Assembly: GCA_963664395.2 (NCBI GenBank)
Contig: OY761159.2
Coordinates: 4,128,001-4,192,000 of the forward strand
Direction of reading: 5' to 3'
DNA from: Candidatus Binatia bacterium
GTDB lineage: Bacteria > Desulfobacterota > Binatia > Bin18
DNA: 64,000 nucleotides
Part shown: piece by piece, positions 18,572-28,573 of the stretch
Layout: each line of letters opens with the position of its first letter
How positions within the stretch are numbered: position 1 is the first letter of the stretch
Made by a program: the position numbers and the translations under genes
Notes under the pieces: model-generated
Databases searched by the model: none
What the model was told of the DNA's origin: nothing
What the model saw: only the letters and a program-made list of their open reading frames with translations

Positions 18572-20021
18572 GCGCGTTCTCTCCTTCAGGAATAGTGTCG
18601 ATAGATAGAATGACCTCAAACAGCACTTGCACGGCGTCACGTAACGCCGCAAGAGGGATTCGCTCGTTCAGACCATGCACGCCGCGAGCATCTTCCGATT
18701 TGAGAGCTAAACCTGAAAAGCCATAACTGACAACGCCTTTTTCTCTGAAATAGTGCGTGTCGGTGAAGCCACCCAAGACGCTTGGGAAGACCGGCGCGTG
18801 CGGGTCTCTGTGGGCGGCGACGGAACGGATGGCCTCGAAGAGCGGCGTATCCGGGTCTGAGGCAACGGAAGGAAAGTATAACAGAGTTGAGAACTGGATA
18901 TTGGGATCATCCACCAACTGCTTGAGGTCTGCGATGAATTTTTGCGGGTCTTCCCCCGGCAGGAGGCGGCAATCAAGGTGGGCCGAGGCGGATGCCGGCA
19001 CGACGTTGGTTTTCGGGCTGCCGTTAAGAACAGTGAGTGATATGGTATTCCGAACCAGCGCATTATGGCCCGGCGTTGTTGTAAATGTCTTACGAAAAGC
19101 CTCATCCTTGAGCGCGTGTGCAAGCGCTCGGTAGTGCTTCGCCGTTTCCTCATCCTCGTGTTTTGCTAAGGCACTAAAATACGTCTGGACCGCCGGCACG
19201 ACCTTGAAAGCTGTCTCATAGCGACGAATTTTCTCTAACGCCCGCACGAGGCGATTCACGGCCGTTTCAGGCACCGGACTCGACCCATGCCCTGCCGGTC
19301 CCGTCGCTTTGAGCGCTATCCAACACGGCGCTTTTTCCGCAACTGAGACGCGATAAGAGCGCTTGCCATTGCGCTGTCGAATACCGCCCCCTTCGGTCAG
19401 GAGAAACTCGGCGTCTGCAATGAGGTCGAAATGCTTGTCAACAAACCAGCCAGCGCCTTTTCTCCCACCGACCTCTTCATCTCCTGTACCGAGAAAAATA
19501 ATGTCACGTTCAAACGCCAGGCCACTGCGTTTGAGTAAAGCCATAGCCAGAAATTGGATGACGCTGACGCCTTTACAATCGATCGCTCCGCGCCCGTGGA
19601 CGTAGCCATCTTTGACAACCCCACCAAACGGGTCGAACTCCCATTCCGCTCGGTCAGCCGGAACAACGTCCAAATGATGCAGGAGGATGAGCGCTTTTTT
19701 CTTCCCGTTTCCTTTGAGCCGGCCATAGACAATGCCGCGGCCCGGCTCCGACTCGTAGACCTGGGCCTCGATTCCTTCCTGGCTGAGGATTTTTTGCCAG
19801 AACTTTGCGGCGGCAGTCTCATTCCCCGGCGGGTTGGAGGTATCAATTTGTAGGACTTGGCTGAGGAGTTCTCCCGCTTCATTTTCAACAGCCGGCCAAT
19901 CGACTTTCTGGGTCTCTGCATGCAGGGGAGGGTGAAAGGTGAGCTGAGATATGAAGAGAAGCGAGAGCCAGAACCCGGCTCGCCTGATCTTTTGGTTATC
20001 TGTCGGTATGAATTCCGTCAC
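18561..20021 (-). CDS. M20/M25/M40 family metallopeptidase (exported)
   Basis: HHLDVVP, GRGAIDCKG, GDEEVGG, GHGS, GGFTD, HGLNER. N-terminal signal-like segment. GTG start is inferred. Confidence 0.9.
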   Translation of the reverse strand: MTEFIPTDNQKIRRAGFWLSLLFISQLTFHPPLHAETQKVDWPAVENEAGELLSQVLQIDTSNPPGNETAAAKFWQKILSQEGIEAQVYESEPGRGIVYGRLKGNGKKKALILLHHLDVVPADRAEWEFDPFGGVVKDGYVHGRGAIDCKGVSVIQFLAMALLKRSGLAFERDIIFLGTGDEEVGGRKGAGWFVDKHFDLIADAEFLLTEGGGIRQRNGKRSYRVSVAEKAPCWIALKATGPAGHGSSPVPETAVNRLVRALEKIRRYETAFKVVPAVQTYFSALAKHEDEETAKHYRALAHALKDEAFRKTFTTTPGHNALVRNTISLTVLNGSPKTNVVPASASAHLDCRLLPGEDPQKFIADLKQLVDDPNIQFSTLLYFPSVASDPDTPLFEAIRSVAAHRDPHAPVFPSVLGGFTDTHYFREKGVVSYGFSGLALKSEDARGVHGLNERIPLAALRDAVQVLFEVILSIDTIPEGENAHGR

Positions 20022-20221
20022 ACTTCCCCTTTCATGCTCTATACATGGGATACGCATCCCTCAGGTGTTCCGCGCTAGATATGTCACACCGAAGGGACTT
20101 CTTCAACGGCGGAGAGTGGACGGAGAGTGGGCGAAGAGTGACCGGGCCGGGTGGCTTGCCTTGTTCCGGCTGAAGAAGCCCGATACAAACAGACCCCAAA
20201 ACGACAAGAGAAGGACGGGCC

Positions 20222-20986
20222 ATGAGCGGACACAGTGTATTCGATATAACCGGTAAGAGGGGGTATGTGACCGGCGGCGGCTCGGGACTTGGGCGAGCCA
20301 TTGCCCTTGGCATGGCCGAGGCCGGCGCGGCGGTTGTGGTGAGCGATATTAATCGGACAGCCGCGGAGCAGGTCGCTGAGGAGATTCGCGCTCAGCAGGG
20401 CAACGCTCGTGCCCTGGAGATTGATGTCTCGCAAAAAAATCAGGTTGAAAGGCTCATTCGCTCGACGGTTGCTGAGCTTGGCGGACTGGACTTTGCCTTT
20501 AATAATGCCGGCATCCTCAAACTTGGGAAACCGGAAGAGATAAGCGAAGCGGATTGGCAAGAGGAGCTCAAGGTCAATTTGACCGGAGTTTTCCTGTGTT
20601 GCCAGGAAGCGGGGCGCTATATGATCGAGCATGGCGGCGGGAAAATTGTGAATACTGCCTCTATTTCCGGCTTGATTGTGAACTCAGGGCTGACCTATTC
20701 GACCGCCAAGGCAGGTGTCATTCAGCTCACCCGGGTGCTGGCCATGCGGTGGGCGAGACATGGCGTATATGTGAATTGTTTCAGCCCCGGCTATATCCGC
20801 ACCGGGATGACGACACCGCATCTCACTCGGCCTGAGGTCGAAAAAGAAATGCTGCGCCAAACCCCGTTGCGCCGTTTGGGTGAACCGCATGATCTGGTCG
20901 GTGTTGCCCTGTTCCTCGCGTCCCCGGCTTCAGACTTTGTGACAGGTCAGAACATTATTGTTGATGGTGGGGTCACGTTGACGTAA
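20222..20986 (+). CDS. SDR family NAD(P)-dependent oxidoreductase
   Basis: TGGGSGLG, NNAG, YSTAK. Confidence 0.93.
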   Translation: MSGHSVFDITGKRGYVTGGGSGLGRAIALGMAEAGAAVVVSDINRTAAEQVAEEIRAQQGNARALEIDVSQKNQVERLIRSTVAELGGLDFAFNNAGILKLGKPEEISEADWQEELKVNLTGVFLCCQEAGRYMIEHGGGKIVNTASISGLIVNSGLTYSTAKAGVIQLTRVLAMRWARHGVYVNCFSPGYIRTGMTTPHLTRPEVEKEMLRQTPLRRLGEPHDLVGVALFLASPASDFVTGQNIIVDGGVTLT

Positions 20987-21094
20987 TGCTCCCACTTCCT
21001 GACCCGCAAAAGTCCTTGTTCAGCCTGGGAGGAAATGGTAGATAGCAGACAGATTGAAAATGTGGCTGACACCCTGTCGGCGAGGGAGGCTGGT

Positions 21095-22900
21095 ATGCCA
21101 AGCGCAACGCTTTTACGCGTAGATCTCAGCACGAGAGAGGTCAAAAAAGAGGTGATCCCGGAGCAAATCCTCCGAGATTATATTGGTGGACGTGGGGTGG
21201 GCACAAAGCTCCTCATGGATAATATGGACCCACGGGTTGATGCGCTCGCCCCGGCGAACCCACTTATTTTTGCCACCGGCCCGGTCACGGGCACCTATGC
21301 GCCAACCGGAGGGCGTTACATGGTCGTGACCAAGTCGCCTCTCACCGGAGGAGTGGCCTCGTCAAACTCGGGTGGTTATTGGGGGCCGGCTTTACGCTAC
21401 GCCGGCTATGAATACGTAATGATCGAAGGCGCGGCCAAAGAGCCCGTATACCTGTATATCAACGACGACACGGTCGAGGTCCGTGACGCCCGGCATCTGT
21501 GGGGCAAAATCGTTGATGACACGGAAAACATGGTTCGTGAAGCCACCCACCCTGAGGCGCGGGTGGCCTGCATTGGCCCTGGTGGAGAAAACCTTGCCCG
21601 GACCGCTTGTGTCATGAATGACAAAGGCCGGGCCGCCGGTCGTTCCGGCGTTGGTGCGGTCATGGGATCAAAAAAGCTCAAGGCTATTGCCGTGTTCGGC
21701 TCAAAAGGGCTGAAGATTGCGAATCCTGAAGGCTTTACGAAAGCGGTTCTACAGGGCCGGGATAAACTCGTGGCAGGGCCAACGACCAGCGGGCTGACCA
21801 TGCTCGGCACCGCGGGGACGGTCTCGTATATGAATATGGTTGGCATGCTGCCGACCAATAATTTTCAGCAGGGCGTGTTTGCCGAGGCTGAGGCAGTCGA
21901 TGGTCTGGTTGTGAAAGAGCAGTTCATGACCCGTAACCGTGGCTGCCATAGCTGCATGATTCATTGCGGTCGGGTCACCAAAATATCCGGCCATGGTCAG
22001 TTTGATGGCCAGGGTGAAGGGCCGGAATATGAGACGATCTATGGTCTGGGCACAGACTGCGGTGTGGGGAATCTGGCCGCAGTGATTAAGGCTAACTATC
22101 TGTGCAATGAATACGGCCTTGATACCTTGGAAGCTGGCTGTGCTATTGCCACAGCAATGGAGTTGGCAGAAAAAGGTTATCTGCCCGAAAGCGATGTTGG
22201 CTTTCCCCTCAAGTTCGGCGACCCTGCGGCCGTCATTCAATTGCTTGAAGCCCAGGCGTATCGAACCGGGACTATTGGTAACCTGCTCGCGGAAGGTGGC
22301 TACCGTTTAGCCGCACACTATGGTCATCCTGAGTTGTTCATGGGCTCGAAAAAGCAAAGCTTTGCCGCGTACGACCCGCGCGGCTCAGTCGGTATGGGGT
22401 TGGCCTACGCCACCTCGAACCGGGGGGCGTGTCATCTGCGGGGCTATACGGTCTCGGTTGAACACTTTGGCAACCCGGTCAAGCTTGATCCCTTTACAAC
22501 TGAAGAAAAACCATATTGGCTGAGTGTGATGCAAAACACCACATCCTTTGTGGACTCGTCAGGCCTGTGCCTCTTCTCCACATTTGACATGGACCCCGGA
22601 ACGGATGTCATGGCCATGGTGAGTGAGGTGTGGGGTGAGCAGCTAGGCACCCCAGAGGACATGCTGAAAATCGGGGAGCGGGTGTGGAATCTTGAAAGAC
22701 TCTTTAATAACGCCGCCGGCCTTGGTCGGGCCGATGACAGCCTCCCGCCGCGTATTACGTCCGAACCTTTGACCGAGGGGGCAAGCAAAGGCCATGTCGT
22801 TGATCTGGAGCCGATGCTGAATGAATATTACCAACTCAGAGGTTGGGATGAGACCGGGCAACCGACGGCGGCGAAACTCCAAGAGTTAGGGCTGGGCTAA
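21095..22900 (+). CDS. aor: aldehyde:ferredoxin oxidoreductase (W/Mo-pterin AOR family)
   Basis: AAGRSGVGAVMGSKKLKAI, CHSCMIHC, GPEYET, RGACH, EYYQLRGW. An alternative start lies at 21035. Confidence 0.92.
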   Translation: MPSATLLRVDLSTREVKKEVIPEQILRDYIGGRGVGTKLLMDNMDPRVDALAPANPLIFATGPVTGTYAPTGGRYMVVTKSPLTGGVASSNSGGYWGPALRYAGYEYVMIEGAAKEPVYLYINDDTVEVRDARHLWGKIVDDTENMVREATHPEARVACIGPGGENLARTACVMNDKGRAAGRSGVGAVMGSKKLKAIAVFGSKGLKIANPEGFTKAVLQGRDKLVAGPTTSGLTMLGTAGTVSYMNMVGMLPTNNFQQGVFAEAEAVDGLVVKEQFMTRNRGCHSCMIHCGRVTKISGHGQFDGQGEGPEYETIYGLGTDCGVGNLAAVIKANYLCNEYGLDTLEAGCAIATAMELAEKGYLPESDVGFPLKFGDPAAVIQLLEAQAYRTGTIGNLLAEGGYRLAAHYGHPELFMGSKKQSFAAYDPRGSVGMGLAYATSNRGACHLRGYTVSVEHFGNPVKLDPFTTEEKPYWLSVMQNTTSFVDSSGLCLFSTFDMDPGTDVMAMVSEVWGEQLGTPEDMLKIGERVWNLERLFNNAAGLGRADDSLPPRITSEPLTEGASKGHVVDLEPMLNEYYQLRGWDETGQPTAAKLQELGLG

Positions 22901-22928
22901 GCCGGCCACGCTCTCAGTAAATCGAATG

Positions 22929-22960
22929 AAAAGGGGACTCTGTTTGAGCCCCCTTTTTTT
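22929..22960. terminator. probable bidirectional intrinsic terminator
   Basis: AAAAGGGG.CTC...GAG.CCCC followed by a T run, between convergent aor and rng. Confidence 0.75.
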
Positions 22961-22977
22961 GACGACCACGCTCGTGG

Positions 22978-24714
22978 TCAGGATAATGCCGCGTCTGGCT
23001 CACGGTCGACTGCTTGGGGCGCTCGTTTCGGTGCGCGACGTTTCCTTGGTATTGTCCTCTTCTCCGTACCCGACCTTCTGGGTTTGGCCCTGGGCTTTGG
23101 CCGCTTTTCGGTGATCTCGATTTCATACTGTTCAATATGAAAGTCGGGGGCGGTACGAAAAAAGAAGCGCGCATTGAGCTGAGCCTCAAGGGCATCCAAC
23201 CACTCTCCTTCCTCCCCATATAAAAAGGTAAGGACGTCTGGATGGGTATGGACTGTGACGGCTTGTGTGTTTGACTGAAGCGACACTTCTTTGTGTAACT
23301 GGCGGATAAGATTGTACGTAATAGTGGGAACCGACTGTCTATGGCCCCGGCCGTCACAATACGAGCAGGGAGCGCACAGTTGCTGCTGGAGACTCTCCCG
23401 GGTACGTTTGCGCGTCATCTGAACCAGCCCGAGTTCACTGATCTTACGCATATTGCTGCGGGTCTTATCCTTCTTCAGGGCTGTGCGGAGTGCTTCTGTG
23501 ACCTTGGTGCGGTTGGCCGCTCGCTCCATATCGATAAAGTCAACGATAATGAGGCCGCCGATATTGCGCAGGCGCAACTGTTCGACCACGACCTGGGCTG
23601 CTTCAAGGTTGGTCTGGAGCATGGTCTCTTCTTGGTTGCGTTTCCCAACAAAGCGACCGGTGTTCACGTCAATCGCGGTGAGCGCTTCCGTATGATCAAT
23701 AACGATATGACCGCCGGATTTGAGGTGGACGCGTCTTTCGAGCGCTTTGGTAATCTGCTGCTCAATTTTGTAGTGCTCAAAGATGGGAGTCTGTTTGTCG
23801 TGGAGCTTCACGCGGCCAGTTAAACGTGGCAGGAAGGTGGTAATGAATTCATTAATGCGTTCGTAATCATTCGCATTATCGATAATGACCTCATTAATAT
23901 CCGGTGTGAATACGTCGCGAATAATACGCAGGATCACATCCATATCGTCATGCACGAGGGTCGGAGCACTGTGCTGCTCGCGTTTTCTGGTGATCCTGCT
24001 CCACAGTTTGAGCAGGAATTTCATGTCATCGTGAATTTCTTTTTTTGTCAGACCCTCACACGCTGTGCGCACAATAAAGCCGCCCTCAGCCGGCCGTAGG
24101 CTTGCGACCGCTTCTCTGAGACGTGTCCGCTCTTTTCCGTCCGCAATGCGCCGGGACACACCAATATGTCCCATGGTCGGTGTATATACCAGCTGCCGTC
24201 CGGGCAGAGAGAGATGCGCGGTGAGTCGGGGACCTTTGGTCCCAATTGGCTCTTTGGCCACTTGGACAAGAATTTCCTGATCCTTTTTCAGCTTTTGCTC
24301 TAGTGGAATGCGCGGCTCTGAACGGGAACGGCGGCGGCCATTTGTGGGTCTTGGCTCGGCATTCGGCGGCGGCTCTTCTTCCTCGCCAGCCTTGCCATCA
24401 GGCTCGGCCAAGTCAAATTCGCTCAGCAGGTCTTCTTCGTCTCGGTCCCGGTCTTCGTTGCCCTCGATCATACCAAGGGGCAACGGGCCGCCAAACACCT
24501 CCGAGGCATGGATGAAGCCGGCTTTTCCAAGTCCGATATCAATAAAAGCCGCTTGCATCCCTGGTAGGACGCGATTCACGCGTCCGAGGTAGATGTTGCC
24601 CGCAATATTACGCTGCTGAGCGCGTTCAATATGAATCTCCACGAGCATATCGTTTTCGAGGAGGGCAACCCGGGCTTCTTGGTGGGTAGAATTAATAATG
24701 ATTCTTTGACGCAC
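22978..24714 (-). CDS. rng: Rne/Rng family ribonuclease (RNase G-like)
   Basis: GNIYLGRV..VLPGMQAAFIDIG, AIDVNTG, LRLRNIGGLIIVDFIDM, C..C.G.G zinc link. Confidence 0.93.
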   Translation of the reverse strand: MRQRIIINSTHQEARVALLENDMLVEIHIERAQQRNIAGNIYLGRVNRVLPGMQAAFIDIGLGKAGFIHASEVFGGPLPLGMIEGNEDRDRDEEDLLSEFDLAEPDGKAGEEEEPPPNAEPRPTNGRRRSRSEPRIPLEQKLKKDQEILVQVAKEPIGTKGPRLTAHLSLPGRQLVYTPTMGHIGVSRRIADGKERTRLREAVASLRPAEGGFIVRTACEGLTKKEIHDDMKFLLKLWSRITRKREQHSAPTLVHDDMDVILRIIRDVFTPDINEVIIDNANDYERINEFITTFLPRLTGRVKLHDKQTPIFEHYKIEQQITKALERRVHLKSGGHIVIDHTEALTAIDVNTGRFVGKRNQEETMLQTNLEAAQVVVEQLRLRNIGGLIIVDFIDMERAANRTKVTEALRTALKKDKTRSNMRKISELGLVQMTRKRTRESLQQQLCAPCSYCDGRGHRQSVPTITYNLIRQLHKEVSLQSNTQAVTVHTHPDVLTFLYGEEGEWLDALEAQLNARFFFRTAPDFHIEQYEIEITEKRPKPRAKPRRSGTEKRTIPRKRRAPKRAPQAVDREPDAALS

Positions 24715-24719
24715 GAGTA

Positions 24720-27602
24720 TTAGCCTGTCGTCGGGAGCTGTTCTTGCTCATGTTGGTGGTATTCTTTCTGAGAAAGGGCCTCCGAGTGAAATTGTATCCC
24801 TGTTTTCGTCACCCGTAAGATCTTCACATCCTGTGGGGACAAGGTGAGGAGGGCACCAATAAATTCATATGGTTTGAGGGTGCCCACATCCGTCATGGCG
24901 ATTTTGACTGAAAGCGTTGTCGGTGTTTCCAGAGTCACGGCTAAAACAACATGCTTGGCATCGATGGTGCGTTCCCGATGACGGGTCCGTTTGCGCAGCG
25001 GGAATGTTTCCGCTTGATGAAATTGACTTAATCGCTCCATCAGGAAGCTCGGAGCGCGTTTTTCCGGGGGAAGCGTATCGAGGCTGACCTGGTAGCGCTG
25101 GGTTGCAATACTAACATCGACGCTCGGTCTGTCCAGACCTATCTGCTGTGCCTGGTGGATATGAAAGCCGCTCGGCAACTCGGCATTCAGGCCTTGTTGT
25201 AACTCTTTTGCCGGCATCTCTTCATTCAGGAGTATATCAAGAAACTCTTCTTCGCTCTCCATGCCTACCGGCAGAGCCGGGCCAAAGCTAATACGGGGCA
25301 GGGGATGAAAGCCCTGGCTGTAGGTAAGGGGGAGGCGCGCCCGGCGACAGGAACGTGCAAACAGTGTCGCGACCTCTTTGGCACCCAGAAAGCGGGCCAT
25401 GCCAAGCTTACTATAACTCAGTCGAAAACGGCAGACGGCCTGTCGCTGATTACCCTGGCTCACCGCGATGGTATTTGGATCACCGGCCAGCCATTCCTCG
25501 GCATTGCCCGAAATTGGGTGTCGAGCGGCGGGGCTTGGCCTCTCGAATTGAGCGGTGGGCGTTGCTTCAAGGGGGACCGCGGTGAGCTTCTCTTCATGCA
25601 ATACGCCCTTATAGCGTTTGATTTTTACCTTTTGTTTTTTTTCTTTTTTCTCCTGCATCAGCTGCCATTGCCGGGTTCCCCAAGCGTCATGGGTTGGCAG
25701 TGTCGCTTGCGCCCACTGATCGACATCCGATCCTCTATGGTCCGCCCCCTTGGCTCCATTCAGGTGATAGGTGACATTGCGGACACTCTTAAAGTCACAC
25801 GCACCACAATACGAGCAGCGTTCCACGCTACAGTCGGGGGTGAGCGTGCCTTCGAGTGCTTTTGCCAGATCTCGCTGGAGCCATTGCTTTGTGACACCAC
25901 TGTCTAAATGATCCCAGGGCAGCGGCTCATCAAGCAGGCGCCGGCGCATATAAAAATTGGGCTCTATGCCGTGTGCACTCAGGGCCTGTTGCCACAGATC
26001 GAGTCGGAATTGCTCTGTCCAGCCGTCAAACCGACAGCCGAGTTGATAGGCGGTCAAGAGGGGAGCTCCCAGGCGACGATCGCCCCGCGCGAAAACACCC
26101 TCAAGGAAGGACAGCCGCGCGTCGTGCCATTTGAATTGAATCCCGTAGCGTCGCAGTTCGCGCCGTAAGAGCCGCTGTCGCGCTTCGGTTTCGTCCAGGT
26201 CCACTTGGGCCGCCCATTGAAACGGCGTGTGCGGTTTGGGGATAAAGGTAGAAACACTGGCCGTGACTTTGCACTGATGCTTGCCGGTCGCAGAGACCTT
26301 ACGGCACAGGTCAACGATACCCAGCAGGTCTTCTTCTGTCTCAGTCGGCTGTCCGAGCATGAAGTACAACTTGACACTTTTCCAACCGAGACTAAACAAC
26401 AGACGGGCGGCCTCAATCAATTCCTCTTCTTTATATTCTTTTTGGATTACATCACGGAGACGCTGTGAGCCAGCCTCGGGAGCAAGGGTAAAGCCCGTTT
26501 TCCGCACCCTGCGGATTTCCTCCAGGATATGGGGGGAGAGCGCGTCTACACGCGTTGAGGGCAGGGAGACTGATACTTTGAGGTCCGAAAAACGATTCAT
26601 AATCGACCGCAGGAGCGGATTAATGCAGCTGTAGTCGCCTGTACTTAAACTGAGCAGGGAGACTTCTTCATAGCCACTCTTTTTGACCAACTGGTCTATC
26701 TGCTCCTGAAGGGCGCGCGGGTCGCGTTCTCGCAACGGGCGATAGATATATCCGGCTTGGCAAAAGCGACAGCCGCGCACGCAGCCGCGCATGACTTCAA
26801 CCGCAACGCGGTCGTGCACGATGTTCACATTCGGCACGACCTGGGTGGTGAGGTTGGGAATGCTATTTAAGTCTTCAACAATCCGCTTTTTCACAACCGT
26901 ATGGTCCGCATAGCGGGGACGGGTGACGCGCAGAGTCCCGCCAGGAGTATATTCCGGCTCAAAAAAGGCAGGGACGTATACTCCGGGAATGTGGCACAGC
27001 ACTCGTAAGAGGGACTCCCGGTCTTTTCCATCCCAGGCTAAATAGGCATCACAGATATCAAAAATCGCCTCCTCACCATCTCCGAGGAGAAAGGCGTCGA
27101 TAAAGTCAGCGATTGGCTCTGGGTGAAATGCGCATGGTCCTCCGGCAATAATCAGCGGATGAGACGCGTTTCGGTCGCGGGCGAGCAGGGGAATCCCGCC
27201 GAGGTCCAGCATCGCCAGGACGTTGGTATAGGTCAGTTCGTACTGAAGGCTGAAGCCAATAATCTGAAAGGCATGTAATGGCCGGTACGTTTCAAGAGAG
27301 ACGAGCGGCAAATGGTGTTGACGAAGCTGCTCCTCCATGTCCAACCACGGCGCGTAGGCGCGTTCAGCTTGAATACCTGGGCGGTTATTGAGTAAGTTAT
27401 ACAGAATTTGTAAGCCGAAATGAGACTGCGCTATTTCGTAGACCTCAGGGAAGGCGAGCGCAAAGTGTAAGCGTATATCCGCCGCGTCTTTGATGATTGT
27501 CCCGAGTTCGCCTCCTGTATAGCGAGAAGGTTGTTCAACCAACGGAAGAATTGTGGCGTAAGCCTGCCGCAGGTCGGTCCGCTCTCTCATCTCCGTACTC
27601 AA
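24720..27602 (-). CDS. TIGR03960-type radical SAM protein fused to TIGR03936/DUF2344 domain
   Basis: RGCVRGCRFCQAG (CxxxCxxC), FSLQYEL, C-terminal YSQGFHP.PRISFGPALPVG. Confidence 0.9.
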   Translation of the reverse strand: MSTEMRERTDLRQAYATILPLVEQPSRYTGGELGTIIKDAADIRLHFALAFPEVYEIAQSHFGLQILYNLLNNRPGIQAERAYAPWLDMEEQLRQHHLPLVSLETYRPLHAFQIIGFSLQYELTYTNVLAMLDLGGIPLLARDRNASHPLIIAGGPCAFHPEPIADFIDAFLLGDGEEAIFDICDAYLAWDGKDRESLLRVLCHIPGVYVPAFFEPEYTPGGTLRVTRPRYADHTVVKKRIVEDLNSIPNLTTQVVPNVNIVHDRVAVEVMRGCVRGCRFCQAGYIYRPLRERDPRALQEQIDQLVKKSGYEEVSLLSLSTGDYSCINPLLRSIMNRFSDLKVSVSLPSTRVDALSPHILEEIRRVRKTGFTLAPEAGSQRLRDVIQKEYKEEELIEAARLLFSLGWKSVKLYFMLGQPTETEEDLLGIVDLCRKVSATGKHQCKVTASVSTFIPKPHTPFQWAAQVDLDETEARQRLLRRELRRYGIQFKWHDARLSFLEGVFARGDRRLGAPLLTAYQLGCRFDGWTEQFRLDLWQQALSAHGIEPNFYMRRRLLDEPLPWDHLDSGVTKQWLQRDLAKALEGTLTPDCSVERCSYCGACDFKSVRNVTYHLNGAKGADHRGSDVDQWAQATLPTHDAWGTRQWQLMQEKKEKKQKVKIKRYKGVLHEEKLTAVPLEATPTAQFERPSPAARHPISGNAEEWLAGDPNTIAVSQGNQRQAVCRFRLSYSKLGMARFLGAKEVATLFARSCRRARLPLTYSQGFHPLPRISFGPALPVGMESEEEFLDILLNEEMPAKELQQGLNAELPSGFHIHQAQQIGLDRPSVDVSIATQRYQVSLDTLPPEKRAPSFLMERLSQFHQAETFPLRKRTRHRERTIDAKHVVLAVTLETPTTLSVKIAMTDVGTLKPYEFIGALLTLSPQDVKILRVTKTGIQFHSEALSQKEYHQHEQEQLPTTG

Positions 27603-27712
27603 TATACACCTCTCTCTTCAAATTTATATCGGAAACCCTGCCAGCCCCGCAAGGAGAAGACTCTCGCTCTGGATGGTGCGTCACAGGATAATGTGAAATT
27701 CCCGTGAAAACC

Positions 27713-27741
27713 TTGACACAGCGAATACTGCTGGGTATACG
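27713..27741 (+). promoter_or_regulatory. candidate sigma70 promoter for the HNH gene
   Basis: TTGACA-17 nt-TATACG, 56 nt before the ATG. Confidence 0.55.
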
Positions 27742-27797
27742 AATTCGGTATCCTAAGTCAACGGAAAGCCCTGTTTTTATTGACGGGCTAGGAGCAC

Positions 27798-28403
27798 ATG
27801 AGCGTTCTCAATAGCAAGGTGCTCGTTCTCAATCGATCCTATTTCCCGGTGCATATTACATCGGTACGGAGGGCATTTGCGCTTCTCTATCAGGGGATTG
27901 CGAAAGCGGTTGACCAACAGTATCGAACATTTGACTATGAGAGTTGGAGTGCCCTGTCGGCATCAGTCCACGATGAGACCGTTGGTCTTATTGGTCGCGT
28001 CATCCGGGTTCCGCGCGTCATTCTGCTCGTCTCGTATGACCGGGTTCCTCGGCGCCGGGTACGGTTTAGCCGCTTCAACGTCTTTGCTCGCGATAAGAAT
28101 ACTTGTCAATACTGTGGCAAGCGTTTCTCGCGCAGCGAGCTGAATCTCGATCATGTGATCCCCCGCTCACAGAGGGGGCTCTCGACCTGGGGAAATATTG
28201 TCTGCTCCTGTTTTCGGTGTAACCGAATGAAAGGCGGCCGCCGGCCTGAAGAAGCGGGTATGAGGGTGATCAAGAAGCCGGTTCAACCCGAGTGGACCCC
28301 CTTTATGCTCGAGACCTTTACCTTCAAACGTTACCAGGAGTGGGTGCCTTTTCTCAATGAAGTCGATGCTGCCTACTGGAATACCGAGCTGCTTGAACGT
28401 TAG
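27798..28403 (+). CDS. HNH endonuclease family protein
   Basis: VLVLNRSY, RDKNTCQYCG, LDHVIPRS.RG...W.NIVCSC..CN..K. Confidence 0.92.
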   Translation: MSVLNSKVLVLNRSYFPVHITSVRRAFALLYQGIAKAVDQQYRTFDYESWSALSASVHDETVGLIGRVIRVPRVILLVSYDRVPRRRVRFSRFNVFARDKNTCQYCGKRFSRSELNLDHVIPRSQRGLSTWGNIVCSCFRCNRMKGGRRPEEAGMRVIKKPVQPEWTPFMLETFTFKRYQEWVPFLNEVDAAYWNTELLER

Positions 28404-28573
28404 TTTTCCGTTCGTTTTTATAGATTGTGCTCTATAATTCCTGCTAGATTTCCTTGTATCCACAAGATATAGTGGTGGCGTGATCCCAGAGTCCTTTCCC
28501 TTGGGCGGCTGGTCCCGCAGTTGGTGTGGCATGGGGAAAGAGGCGGGGAGGATTTGGAGGCGTTGTGGGGCAA

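Noticed and set aside
27798-28403. HNH nuclease as a mobile element or defence gene
   Set aside because: It looks like the widespread stand-alone VLVLN-type HNH family, sits among core genes, and has no flanking repeats or compositional shift.
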